This document shows, piece by piece, positions 23,520 to 35,582 of a stretch of DNA of 64,000 nt. The stretch spans positions 87,670,001 through 87,734,000 of the forward strand of contig CM052817.1 of the NCBI GenBank assembly GCA_028534125.1, written 5' to 3'. The notes below the pieces were generated by a model. It was not told the DNA's origin, searched no databases, and saw nothing but the letters and a program-made list of their open reading frames with translations. Position 1 is the stretch's first letter. The number at the start of each line of letters is the position of its first letter. The translations under genes and the position numbers were made by a program. The DNA is from Lama glama (taxonomy: Eukaryota).

Positions 23520-24364
23520 GCTGGCCATTTTCGGTCCTGTTCATAAGCTTCCTTATGGGTCGGGGTGGAGAAAAATCAAAAGAATTAAGAGAGAAATAGA
23601 GGGAGAAAGAGAAGAAAGTTCCAAATTGAACTTATATAAATAGCAGGATCTGTCCTTCAGCACCAAGCCTGCTATTAAACTAAATAGGTGCACACTGGAT
23701 GCACATCGATCTTTACTGTCACCTTCTACAAACTATGATTGAGTAATAGATGAGTATTTGCATAGAGCACTATATTCCATCATTGGCATGTCAGCTCTCA
23801 GTGCTGACTAAGTGAATTGTGTTGCTCACTGATTAACCTGAAATAAACAGGACAATCATTTCCATCAACATTTATCAGAGCTCTGTGGTTCATGCTAAAT
23901 GGTTGGTGCCACAACTATTCTTGGAGGGAGTTCTAGAAATTCCAATTTATCAGCAGAATTAGTTTCCTAGGCTTTTTTTTTTTTCAGATTTGGATTGTTG
24001 AGTATATTTTCGGATAACTTCTGCAGAGTATTTTCAAGTACATTTGATGAAAACTCCATCTTGATGTAAAAAAAAATACCTTGGTATTTCTACGAAGAAC
24101 TGAATTTTGCCCTTTTGTTTTCATGATCATTTTATAGTAACAGAGTTCTAAAAATAGTTAGCAAAACATTTGCATGTTGTGTTGTTTTGGGGGGAAAAGG
24201 AATAAGGAAATAAGACCAACAAGGATTTGCATATTTGCTAACAGCTAACAAAAGATAAAACACAGAACATGATTTCGGCTACTAAGAAACTATTTTCTTC
24301 TAATCTTTTCCTGAATGCCTTATTATACATGGTTTGTATGCCTATTTTGAAAGCAAAAGTAAGG
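23520..24364. promoter_or_regulatory. Candidate promoter/enhancer (motif cluster in apparently non-repeat sequence)
   Basis: GCCATTTT (YY1-like, 23524), GGGGTGGAG (KLF/SP-like, 23562), TATATAAAT (23633), CTGTCC-TTCAGCACC (RE1 half-sites, 23650), ATTTGCAT at 23756, 24168 and 24225, CTAAAAATAG (MEF2, 24148). Lies within the CpG-retaining domain. Confidence 0.45.
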
Positions 24365-25394
24365 GTCATAATAGGAGAGTTTCTGGAAATGGGAAGTTGG
24401 GGGTCCACAGATTCTTAACAATAAAAGATCTGTATTTCAAACAAAACAATGCACACAATTAGAATCACGAAGTTGAGAATATTTCTCCAAAATTAACATA
24501 GCATGATAGTCAATGATTCACTAAATTAAAGCCTTGTGTGGTAACTTTTGTATATTTTTTTCTAGTATAATTTACTTAACTCTTTTGGTACTTTTTCCCC
24601 TTAAACCATATGAAAAATTCCTTTCTTTATTCCTGGAAGACACATCAACAAAAGTTTCAATTCATTTATTGAGCACCACAAAATGTAAAACCAAGGGTTC
24701 GTAGAGATTATCTAATGATTAGATCCTTGTTCAATTTTCACAAACTACGTATTCCACAACAAACTTGATGTTAGTGTTTTGATAAGGAGGCCTGGTTTAT
24801 GATAACAAATGGGAGCTAAAAGTCAAGATCAGTGACAGCAGAGACTGAAAAATGGTGGGAATCATGGTACAAAAGAGAGCATTTGCCCATCTGAATAGGA
24901 CAGTTATACTCAGGGCTTGTCAATTGTTTGACAATTCAGATTCAAGCTATCCATTGTGGGACAAGCTGATCAATACTTCTCTTATTAGTAAGATGCTGTA
25001 TTGTGTTAGACTGATCTCAGTACAGCTTTAAATACACTACAGAGAGTAACCCCACACATTAAAAAAATTCTAACTTAGAGTAAACCTAAAATTCTCCAAA
25101 GCTTAAGAGGAAAAGTCATGTTTTCTATACATAACAGATTTTAACTTTAAGAATTCCCTAGGAATGTCCGCTAAATAGATCACTACTATATAAAATACTA
25201 CTAAATAGAATATATATAAATATTCCAGTATAAAGTTGTGGTATATTCTTATTTTGTTCTTGAATAAGTAGGAAAGTCAATATTTAATATCTAATTATAA
25301 GTCAGTTTAAAAGTAGTTTTCCTTTAATATAAGAAAACAAAAAACAAAATTCACAATTGAATAATCCCTGTGCTAATAGTTCGAGAATTTAAGT

Positions 25395-25578
25395 TATATT
25401 CTGTATACTGTCCTAAGTATTTTACATGCATTATTTTACCTTATTCTATAAGAACCCCTGGAATTGTTTCCATTTTTACCTCCAATCTATGTATGAGGAA
25501 ACTGAGGCCCAAGTAAGACAAGTGACTTGTCTTAAGACAGGAGACTAGTAAAGTTCTAGACTAGAACTCGAGCCTGCT
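25395..25578 (-). mobile_element. MIR
   Basis: ACTGTCCTAAGTATTTTACATGCATTATT...ATGAGGAAACTGAGGCCCA...AAGTGACTTG...AGAACTCGAGCCTG. Confidence 0.8.
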
Positions 25579-25649
25579 CCCTCTCTTCTCTCCCCTCGAC
25601 CCTCCCCCTCCACCCTCATCTCTCCTCTCCGTCCTTTCCCCAATTTAAC

Positions 25650-26395
25650 ATTATTCATATTATAGACACATACTTGCACCTTGTTTTTACACATGATGTT
25701 GAATTTCAGAACTATCTTCTATCAACATATTCAGACCTACCTTACTGCTTACATCTACCTAATATTATGGTGGATGAAGCGTTATTCGCATAATTCACCA
25801 CCCATTCAGAGAAGCAGCTTAGTATGGTGCTTCAGCACACAGACGCTACAGAGTCAGACTCCTGGGCTTCGAATCTTAAGACTACACTCACTAGGTCGTT
25901 ACCGCACTTAGTAACTCTATGACCACAGTCTAAAACGGGGCTAATAATTGCAAGTACCTTACAAGATTCAGATGAGAGTTAAATGAATTAATGTCTCAAA
26001 GTGATGTAGAAGACAGTCTAATGTTATTAATAATCTACATAAAGATTATAAATAAATATTGTGGAGTCTTGCTCATTTCTAAGGTGCTGATACTATAAAC
26101 AATGCGCATTCATCAAAAGATATAGCAGTTCTAATTTTAATATTGCCACGTGATACACCTAAAAGTATGCCTCCTTACACGAGGAGCATTATCAACATTT
26201 TTATATTGGTTAATTTTTAGGGGAAAAATGAGGTCCCATTTTAAATTTCATTTATTTACTTACGAGTGAGGTTAAGGGACTGTTGAGATGTTTGTTGATC
26301 TTTTACGTTTACAGTATAAAAATTACCAGATCTATCCCTTTCTCACTATTACAACAGATTGCTTCTCTTTTTCTTAATGTTTTAACGAATTTGTA
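25650..26395 (-). mobile_element. Very old L1 (L1ME-like) interrupted by a MIR
   Basis: Antisense L1 3' motifs occur on both sides of the MIR (TGCACCTTGTTTTT...CTATCAACATATTCAGACCTACCT; TACTATAAACAATGC; TTTTAAATTTCATTTATTTACTTACGAGTGAGGTTAAG). Confidence 0.5.
25808..26030 (+). mobile_element. MIR, near full length and diverged
   Basis: GAAGCAGCTTAGTATGGTG...CAGAGTCAGACTCCTGGGCTTCGAATC...TAAAACGGGGCTAATAAT...GAGAGTTAAATGAATTAATG. Confidence 0.75.
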
Positions 26396-27655
26396 CCTTA
26401 TTTCTCCCAATTTATTCTTCATAGTTTTACTGCAGTTATGTGTTTTCTACTAAATTTTTCAATGTGCTTCATTTGTAAAATCTCATGTACTGACTCAAAG
26501 AAGAACTCAAAGAATTTGAAAGTGTTTTACTATAGGTTTTAAAAATTTTATTTCCTAGTTATTATATATATTAAATAGCCCTATTATTTATACAAAGTAC
26601 TTTACAGAACTTAAGTGGTCATACATTGTATTTTAATGTACTGGTCATATATAATCAAGTAATTTCAAAAGTCTATTATTTTATGCCCAAACTCTTTAAA
26701 ATAAATTCATTTTTTGAAAGGAAAACTATTAATTGAAATAAATTACTTTACTTTAGTTTCTTTTATTCTTAACACTATAAAAAATAAAATAATTCTCTTT
26801 TAGGGAAGCCAAAACCGTGGATGGAATATTTGGATATCAAAGAGGATAATGTATTCTTTTCTTTTCTCTAACAAGATAAAATAACATTACTCAGCTGAAA
26901 ATTAAATGTATTACAAACTGTTCTGGTCATTTTTCACTTGTCAATGAGCCATTAGACACTGCATTATTTTATTAGCATCTGTTATCATTATTCTACGATA
27001 CTTAGGTTCCTAATAATTCTTCTTTGCAGTTGACAGAAAATGCTATCATTCTCTGAAAACAAATGAAAATTGCAACTTTTTGACATGAGTGTATTGTGAT
27101 CACACGTATGCTTTCTCCTGTCTTTCACTGATACACTTCTCCTCTGCACTGTATTAGCGGAACACAGGAGTAGAGTGATCTGATGTTTATGAAGCGTAAT
27201 ATGAAGGACAATCAAAAGACTTACTTGTGATGTAATCAGCACTAACTGAAGCTACAACAGATCTCCTTATTTGAAATGATATTTCTACTGTTATACAGGG
27301 CAACACTATGGTAAATAATGTATTGAAACTGTCCCTAAAACCACTCTTAAAATGCACAAGATGTTATAGAATATCTCAAGGTCATATACTTAGCTAATAG
27401 CTAAAAGTGAAACAGATAGTGCCAAATTATGAGATATTAAATGAAACAATGAGCATCCATGTATCAAAATGAAATTTTTTAGTACAAAATTCCAGTATCA
27501 GAGAGATTATAGATGTCAGAGGAGAATCAAGTTAAATAATTATTAGAGTAAGGCAACAATGTGGAACTACGAACCAAGGTATGGATATGAAACGGAATTT
27601 AGAAAAGTAAACTATGACAAAACAAAGAAGACTGGGCCACATTAAAAAAAAATAT

Positions 27656-27676
27656 ACACACACACACACACACACA
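27656..27676. repeat. (AC)10 microsatellite
   Basis: Direct reading. Confidence 0.95.
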
Positions 27677-28329
27677 TTAAACAGTCTAAATGTTATAAAA
27701 CAGATGAACTTTAAAAGACACAAGCTAGCAAATGTGCTTTGTATAAAACAAATTTCAAACTTAGAAACTGGATTAAGTACAGCACACATTTAATGCCAAC
27801 AAAATCTTGTATGCTATAACAAAGGTCCAGATTTCTAAAATCTAAAATGTAGAGAAAAATCTTAAAATACTATTTGTGCTTGAACTCTTCATGTTAGGGT
27901 AACCATGCTTTTGTTTTCATTTGTTTTTAAAAATCTTGTTTGCTGAGTTCTATTTCTTGCTTCATTATTTTGATATACTACCTATTAATTTGTAATAATA
28001 ATTTAATTCATAGTCTCCCAGTTGAAATAGGGATGCATTTTAAAATAATTTTTTTAAAAAGAAAGAAAAGGGAAAGTGAAAAAAGCCTGTCTACAAGGAG
28101 TTTACTCTCTATTAAGGAATGTTTGTTTGTGTTTCTATTAAAAAATTCATAAATGCTCTAATGTCTTATGTACCATTTTATTATATTATGAAGGTAATAT
28201 AAGATCATTATAAAAATTGGAAAATAGAGAAATAAAGAGGAATACCACACATATTTCTACAATCTGAAGTCAGTCAATCTTTTACTGTTCTTTTATAGTT
28301 TTCTAAAATGCTAGAAAAATCTCAACATA

Positions 28330-29115
28330 GGGAAGTACAAGGCACAAGAGAGTCACTTCTTTTGACTGAAAGGCTAATGAATGCTAATAAGGGAGACAGG
28401 TGAGCTGTGTCATACCTTGGCAGACAAGGGAGGGAAAACCCTGTAGACAAACAAATAAAAAGTTTGTGAAAATACCAAGGGAGAAATAATATCCAGCATA
28501 AAGCAATTGTAATTACTTCAGGTTAGTCTATCTATAATTTGCCAGATGAGGATTTGCAGTAAATAAGGCCTGCGTCGGGAAGGGGAGATGGATGGAGACT
28601 TCTACTTGCCAGACTAAGAAACCTGGACTCTATTCTTTGGCCTAACTGAAGCTGTTGATGAATACTTAGTAGAGGAGTATCATATTCAGATGATTGTTTT
28701 AGGCTTATCCCTTTGATAGGAAAGAAGATGACTTCCCAGTCGAAGAGGAGGAAGGAGTGGAAATAATGAAAATTGGAAACAGTGAGACAATTTGGAGGGC
28801 TCTTGTAATCACCCAGTGTGGCAAATTATGGGGGCCTGAACTCACATAAAAGCAGTTAGAAAGGCAAAGACTTTACTTAGCACTGTAATACTTAGAATAT
28901 AGGCAAAAACTACCTAGATTTGTTTTATAAACTATAGAGAAGATGAAAAATCTTTATGTTATGAAAAACACTCAAGAGTTAGTGACCAATGAAACTTAGG
29001 AAGAAACAAAGTGTAGGAAGTTAGGATAATTCTTAATTTTCCCAAATCAGGAGTTGATGGTATCACTGCCAGAATGAAAAACACTGTTAGAAGTTCAGGT
29101 ATGAGATGAAGATGA

Positions 29116-29151
<36 letters not shown>

Positions 29152-29950
29152 TATACAAAATTATGTGGAGGTTAGTGTCTGAGCATAAGTAAACCTTTTC
29201 TAAAGATAGATGTCTTTATCATCAAAATGCAGAAATATTTGTAGCCAATGAATTTGAAATTTCCTTGGGTAAAAGGAAAATGTAGGAAGGTCTATGAACA
29301 GAAGTCCATTTAAATGGTAGACAAGGAAAGAGCCTACAATAAAAGAAACAAAGAACAACCAGACATGGAAGACGTTGACTCAAACTTCAAAATATTATGG
29401 AAGACAAAGAAAGGAAAATTACTAGAAGGCATGAGATAACGAACAATGTCAAATACCACACAGAGATCAATAAAATAAAGGGGAAAAAAAGCCCAAAGGT
29501 GTGGGCAATATTCCAAGTTTTTTGGCAACCTTAGGAAGAACTTGAGCAGATGGATGAGGACAGAAACCAAGCTGCAATAGATGTACAGAGAATGAAATGT
29601 TATGAGAGAAAAAAACAGTAAAGCCTACTACTACTTGTTGAAAAAGCTTTGTTTTGAAGGGATAGAAAGGAATAGAAAAGACAGTCATGAAATTTCACTA
29701 AAGGCCATGGACGTGTTTATAGAAGTAAAAGGAAGAAACAGTCTGAAAGGGAGAAGTTGAAGAAAAGAGAACAATAAATGATAAAGCAAGGATTTAAGTG
29801 TTACACTGTTAGAAGGAAAAGCCTTGAACAGAATAAGGTGTATTTATCTGAGACAGGAGAATATTAGGTAAATATGAATATGTGGAGTTAAATACATTTG
29901 AAGAGAGTAGAGAGAAACTGAAATATTGTGTATCATATGAACAATGGAAA
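28330..29950 (-). mobile_element. Long, degraded L2
   Basis: Purine-rich antisense L2 motifs: GCCAGACTAAGAAACCTGGACTCTATTC, TGGGGGCCTGAACT, AATGTCAAATACCACACAGAGATCAA, TTGGCAACCTTAGGAAGA, GAAAAAGCTTTGTTTTGAAGGG. Confidence 0.6.
29119..29149. repeat. (AC)15 microsatellite
   Basis: Direct reading. Confidence 0.95.
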
Positions 29951-32149
29951 AATAATTCCAGAGATAATCTCTTTCTTCTTCCTGATATGTTATGTTGCAG
30001 ATGTTATTTCATCTCTCATGTGTTTCTACATTATAATTAGAGGCTGGTTAATAGCCAGGGCTGAGAGAGAAAAGAAACAAAATTCTAAGACTGTCTTATT
30101 TCATAAAATTGACTGAATCTTAAAAGAGCCAGAGTAGAGAGGAGTTTAAGAAGGCAGACAAATGGCCCTGAGGGCAGCATCACCAAATTGATATCAGGTT
30201 GGCTGGGGATCCCTTAGCTCTTTTCAGATTCCATTTCCAGCTGAATTGAATGTTTGCTCTATCACTATTTCCTCCTATCTTTTCAGTGTTCTCAATATGT
30301 TCTTATATTGAACTTCTCTAACTAGTCTACAACTGATATCTGCTGGGACATTCCTGAATGGAGCAGCATTTGATTATTACTTGCTTTTTCTCGTCTTCTT
30401 TTTTTTTTAATGTGTATTATGTTTAATGTCAAAATGAAGTGTGGAGTTGATGTTTTGGGGCAAACAGTACCAGATGCTTGGACACACTTGCCTTTGTACA
30501 GATCCAGATTATGAGCTTGTCTCTTGATGAAAAGATAAACCTCAGAGAAATGAGTAAGACATTATAAATTGAAGACATCTGCCTTAAAATGAAACTGGGT
30601 ATCTTATGTTTAAAAAGGTGCAAGAAATATGCTGTGATACATCATAGTGATGGAATGTCATAGCAATAAAAGAACTGGTAAGTCCACATATTCTAGTAAA
30701 ATATTAATAATTATGTCCTGTTTCTTTCCTTCTTTCTTTTTTATCTTCTTTTTTCTCTTTCCTTTCACTCTAGATTTCATCAATTATTCTAAAGATTAAA
30801 AAAAAAAACTGTGTTCAAAAGAACCCAAATAATACATGCCATGCCAGTCTGACACAACAGACGGACCCCTAATTGAGTTTGGTACCTTTCCAAAATATTA
30901 TGCCAGTAAGCTTTCTTCTTATGCCTACTTCACACAAAAAACAGCTTCAGAAGATAAATAAAAATTATACATGGCTTTTGGTGCCTTTGCACTTTGTTAT
31001 AGTGGACTATCATCCATGAGTTCAGGAATTTTAGCAAAAGTGACTTCAAAGTATCTGCTTTCAGATTTAAACTATTATGAAGAAATAAATATAAAGTGTA
31101 TTCATGATAAGCTGCACAAAAGCTATTCTATAATCTTGATAGAACCATAAGAATCATATTTCAACCCACTGATATAAAAAATGCCGTTAAATTAAACCTC
31201 AAGTAATTCTACAGAAAAAATGTTAAGGTTTATTGACACAGAACTTTTAAAACAATTGAAATGATGAATGAATGACAAAGAAAAACAAAGAATACTATTT
31301 GAGATGAAATTATAAGAATCTAGATAACATTTTAATGTAAACTAGGGATTAATAGTAGTATAAGTTTTAACGTATGTTTACAAATTAGATGAAACATGTG
31401 GAAAAACAGAAAAATATAAATACTTAATCAAATAAGAATGTTTATCTTGACTCTCCCAATGTATCTGAGATTTGGCCTTAATATATGCATGCAATTTTAT
31501 AAAGATGATTACATTAATGAAATCCTATTTCAGGTGGTCCATGTTTACTAGAAGTATCATCTGCTGAGCCCAAATTGAATCCATTTGATAATAAGTACAA
31601 ATAACACAATTACTTATCATAAATCAGATATATTTCTCAGAATTTTTATGAAATGAATAAAAGCAAATATCTAAGACTGAAGACAATTATTACTTGGTTG
31701 GAAGTCATACTTTACTGAGTACATACCCATTAAATATGAAAGCTAATCTTTCTTCTGTTTTCTCTGACATTGCTACAACCATTAGGCACTTTGCTCTTAT
31801 AATTTTAAGATTTCTGTGGATCAGGGCTTTGCTAAGTAGTGTGAGCTTTGTCCAGCTTTAACACTGAATGTTAAGCATTAGGTTAATGTAAATACTTGTG
31901 CCTTCCCCACAGTATCCTTTTTCTCTGACTTATTTTGTAGTTGTTTATCTGTTTTTCTGTGAGGGTTTGTTATACTTTTCTTATTCTTCATCCACAGCAA
32001 TAAGACACTTGAGGACTGGGACTCTTTATTTTGTAACCTCTGATTAAAGTAGTGTTATAGCAAACTTGACTAATAGACTTTTCTAATTTTAAGCCCATTG
32101 TTTTTAAATGAGTGAGTTTATGACCTTTTGGAACTGCCAGCAAAGATTG

Positions 32150-32595
32150 CATTAAGTAATTTTTGTATTGTGGAGACCTCTAGACTGTAATGATGCAAAG
32201 ATAATGAATAACTGGAACTGTTTCTCTGAAGAAACTTACAGTTAAGTGATGCCGACAAAAAAAAAAAAACAAACAATTAGTTAAATGTTGTTAGTGTTGA
32301 GATAAACATACAAAATATGTGAGAACAGAGGAGGAACTGTCTAGTTTTCCTGTAGGACAAAAGTAAACTTCCTTGAGGAAATGACTTCTATCCTGAGACT
32401 TGAAGGATGAATAGGAGCAAACCAAATAAACCAAGATAGTGAGAATAAGGAAAAAGTTTGTGTAAAATTACAGAAATGTGAAGCAGGATGCAGATGGCTC
32501 AAAGGTAGTTTGAAATATACAGACTTAAATAATAGTTTGAAGTCAGATGATTATTTTGTTTGCATGACACGCTTAAATATTTGGGGTTTAACTCT
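32150..32595 (-). mobile_element. L2 fragment
   Basis: CTTCCTTGAGGAAATGACTT...CTGAGACTTGAAGGATGAATAGGAG is an antisense L2 motif. Confidence 0.65.
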
Positions 32596-34674
32596 TACAT
32601 CGACCTCCTGTTCCATCCCTCCTCCCAAAAAATTGTTGTCTGCACAGTAATTCTGTAGGATTATAATAGCAGTAACTGGGATAAATGATTCTGGAACCTA
32701 ATATGTATGGTGGAGTAGAACTCTATAATATTACTATTAACCATTCCCGATTCCCTAACACGAACACACACACATACATCACATTCTTTCTCTCTTACCT
32801 CCTTAGGGTCTTTTTGTGTCTTTTGACTACTTGCACATGGAAAAGGTCTATTAAGCCTATCTTTTTTCTGCATAATGTAAATGTGATCCATGAAAGATGG
32901 ACAGCAGTAAGTAGGGGAAAATAACCAGTGTTTTGGTAGAGAAAGAAGTTTATTACTATTTTGGGGAGATAGAATGAAGAGGAGATTTTAAACTTTAAAG
33001 ATTCATTGACTTAATAAATACTTTCTGTGGGACTGTGTGGTATAGAGTTGGTTGGCATAGTGTTACAAGCAATTTTCCAGAAGCACATATAAACTGAAAT
33101 ACTTCCCTGTCTGAGGTTGGGCTATATTTATATCACCACTGCCCTTTCTATAAACCATGCCATCTGCCATTCTGCAGTCATGTCAAAGCTCTGGAAAGGT
33201 TTTAGCATCATCAAAGCAAAGCAGAGAGGATGCTTATAGAATGTGTTACCTTTTGATTTCTGTTTTTGAATATTCCTGTCACCATTTTTTCTCGGCACAT
33301 CTGAACTTTTAAAACAAGAGAAAGGCTTTACTCATGCTTCAGCATGTGATAGAGATTGCTAATTCTTTGAGTTAGTCAAACCCAACTATACATATGCTCA
33401 GCAGTTTACAAAAGTTGCTTAAGTCTGCAACTATAACCTACTATAACCTAATTCATCTATTAAAGCACATGACATATGATCAAAAAGGGAAAAGTAACAA
33501 ATACAACTACTGAGATCAAAAGCCTTGAGCAGTTATCTTCTGTGTGTATTATCTGAACTTTCTTTAATACATCTGGTTTCCATGCAAGCTAAGGGAACAA
33601 ACACCTGCAGGTGTCTATTCGTATTATATATTCAAAAATAAAACCCTGATAAAAAGGAACATTTTTTCTGCTTTGTGATTTAAACTTCCCTTACCTAAGT
33701 ATTTATACTAGGTTTTGGAGACTGACTCTTTGAATTTCAACAGTGAAAATAAATGAGATACATATCTCTTTTTGGTTTGCAAGGTAATTTGGTTGTTTTG
33801 TTTGGACTTTCAAACCTCTTCTTGAATATAAAACCTCTGGATCTAAAAAACAACTTCTAGAAGTCATAATGAGTAAACAAAGGGATTTCTTCATTATGCT
33901 GTTACTGAGTCTGGTGATATTAAGTGAATTTAGTCTCCTTTAGTATTATAGTGCTTTAGGATATGAAATGTATCTGTCTTCCTTTTTAATGATAGCTTTA
34001 CTGCTACACTAGGATAAGCATATATGTGTTTAGATGCCACTAAGATACTGTCACTTGTCCTAAGTGAGAGACACAATGATGAGTAAAGCATTGTCTACTC
34101 TGCCACGATAGTATCCAGTAATCTAAACAATAAATATATTCTGCTGAAGTTAAAGGTTTCTAGTATGCTATAAAGTTTGGATTTATTAATGAAAACCAAG
34201 AAGATAATGGAGATCCATTAATATTTTTATCCTTGCTTTCTAGATGATAATTTCTACTGTTCTCCAATATCAGCTTCTTTCTTCCATTCAAGAGGGAACT
34301 CACTAACCAGCCGTGTTCTTTTCCCCAGTAACACAAAATTGGAGCCAGGCTCTCTTCTAATCCATCCTCTACCAATTGATCAGAATTATGACATGATTTA
34401 AAACCTATTTTCTATCTTTCTTCTGTGTGGTAGCAATAACCAATTTAAAACTAAAACTTCTGTTTAAAGCTAGTATATGTACAATTAGAAAATAAATGAA
34501 GTTTATAGCAATTCCTGATTTTCTCCTACTCCTTATTATACAGCTTTATTTTTAGCATAGTTCAGCTTAAAATTTCATTCCTCTTGCCCTGCATACCTCT
34601 GGGGTACTTCTGTGTTTTATCACTTTCTTTTTCTAGCTGGTCATCTTCATGTCAAATGCATGATTGCTTAGGGA

Positions 34675-34768
34675 AGCGGCTACTTCAAACTGGGTACATT
34701 ATAATCACCAGAAGAATTTTATGAAAATATGTATTCTCGGGCCACTGTCTTCAAAGATTCTGATTTAG
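34675..34768. mobile_element. MER5-like fragment abutting an LTR
   Basis: TTCAAACTGGGTACATTATAATCACCAGAAGAATTT...ATTCTCGGGCCAC...AGATTCTGATTTAG. Confidence 0.6.
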
Positions 34769-35050
34769 CAGGTTGGGTTCCACAGAAAGATGTTGAGACA
34801 GAGCTTGTATGTAAGAGAAATATGTGGCAATGCTCTTGGGAATGACGGTAACAAACGGAAGGTAGCAGGATGGACAGAGGGTACAGCTAAGTGAACACTC
34901 TGTGGCTGGCACAGCCCTTCAAAGTTATCCCCAAATGAGACATGTGGCTTGGCCTCTGTACCCCCACAATGACTGTGGATGCTGGCTGTCTCGGAAAAGG
35001 GAATGACTGAAGATGAAGCAGCTCCTTTGGTTGATGGCAATCCACAGAGT
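34765..35050 (-). mobile_element. LTR16-family (ERVL) LTR fragment
   Basis: AGGTTGGGTTCC...TGAGACAGAG...GCTCTTGGGAAT...GCCCTTCAAAGTTATCCCCAAATGAG...GGCCTCTGTACCCCCAC; related to 6613-7066. Confidence 0.65.
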
Positions 35051-35444
35051 TTCTGATCATACCCATAGTCTGTGTCTCTCAGTCAGCAACAAGGTAATTT
35101 GCTCTGTTAGACAGAACTGTAAAGCCTGAGAATCTCAATACCTTGGACCAAGGTATGAACTTTGTTTCAGATCTCTTAAGATTTGTCCAGGTAAATGAGG
35201 CTACATGATACATTCCCTGATGACCTGAGCTTAGGGAACTAACTGCCTAGAGCTATTTCCCTCATTTGGAGCCAATGGTTTCTGAAGCATTCAGAATGAC
35301 TTAAACTATTCTCTCGGATATTCAGCAATCATATAAAAATAGTTTTAAAATGCACATAACAAAATGAGGAAAATTATTTTCAACTTAGATGATTAAAAAC
35401 AAATAACTTGGAGTCAAGGGTTTATTTTCAAATGGCTAAACCCT

Positions 35445-35582
35445 TTTATTTGTTCATTAACTTAATAATTATTTATTGAGCACATATTATGTGTAAAATA
35501 TGGTATTAAGCACTAAGGAAAAAACATTGACAGAGCAAGTATACAGATACCCTCTTCATGGGGCTTATTTTCTAGGGGGATA
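35445..35582 (-). mobile_element. L2 3' end fragment
   Basis: TATTTATTGAGCACATATTATGTG...CCCTCTTCATGGGGCTTATTTTCTAG. Confidence 0.75.

Noticed and set aside
26804..26850. Candidate + strand exon after TTCTCTTTTAG
   Set aside because: The donor AAT|GTATTC is weak and no translation is recognisable; insufficient support.
27868..27910. Possible antisense U6 snRNA fragment
   Set aside because: Only ATTTG and CCATGCT match; the rest does not align.
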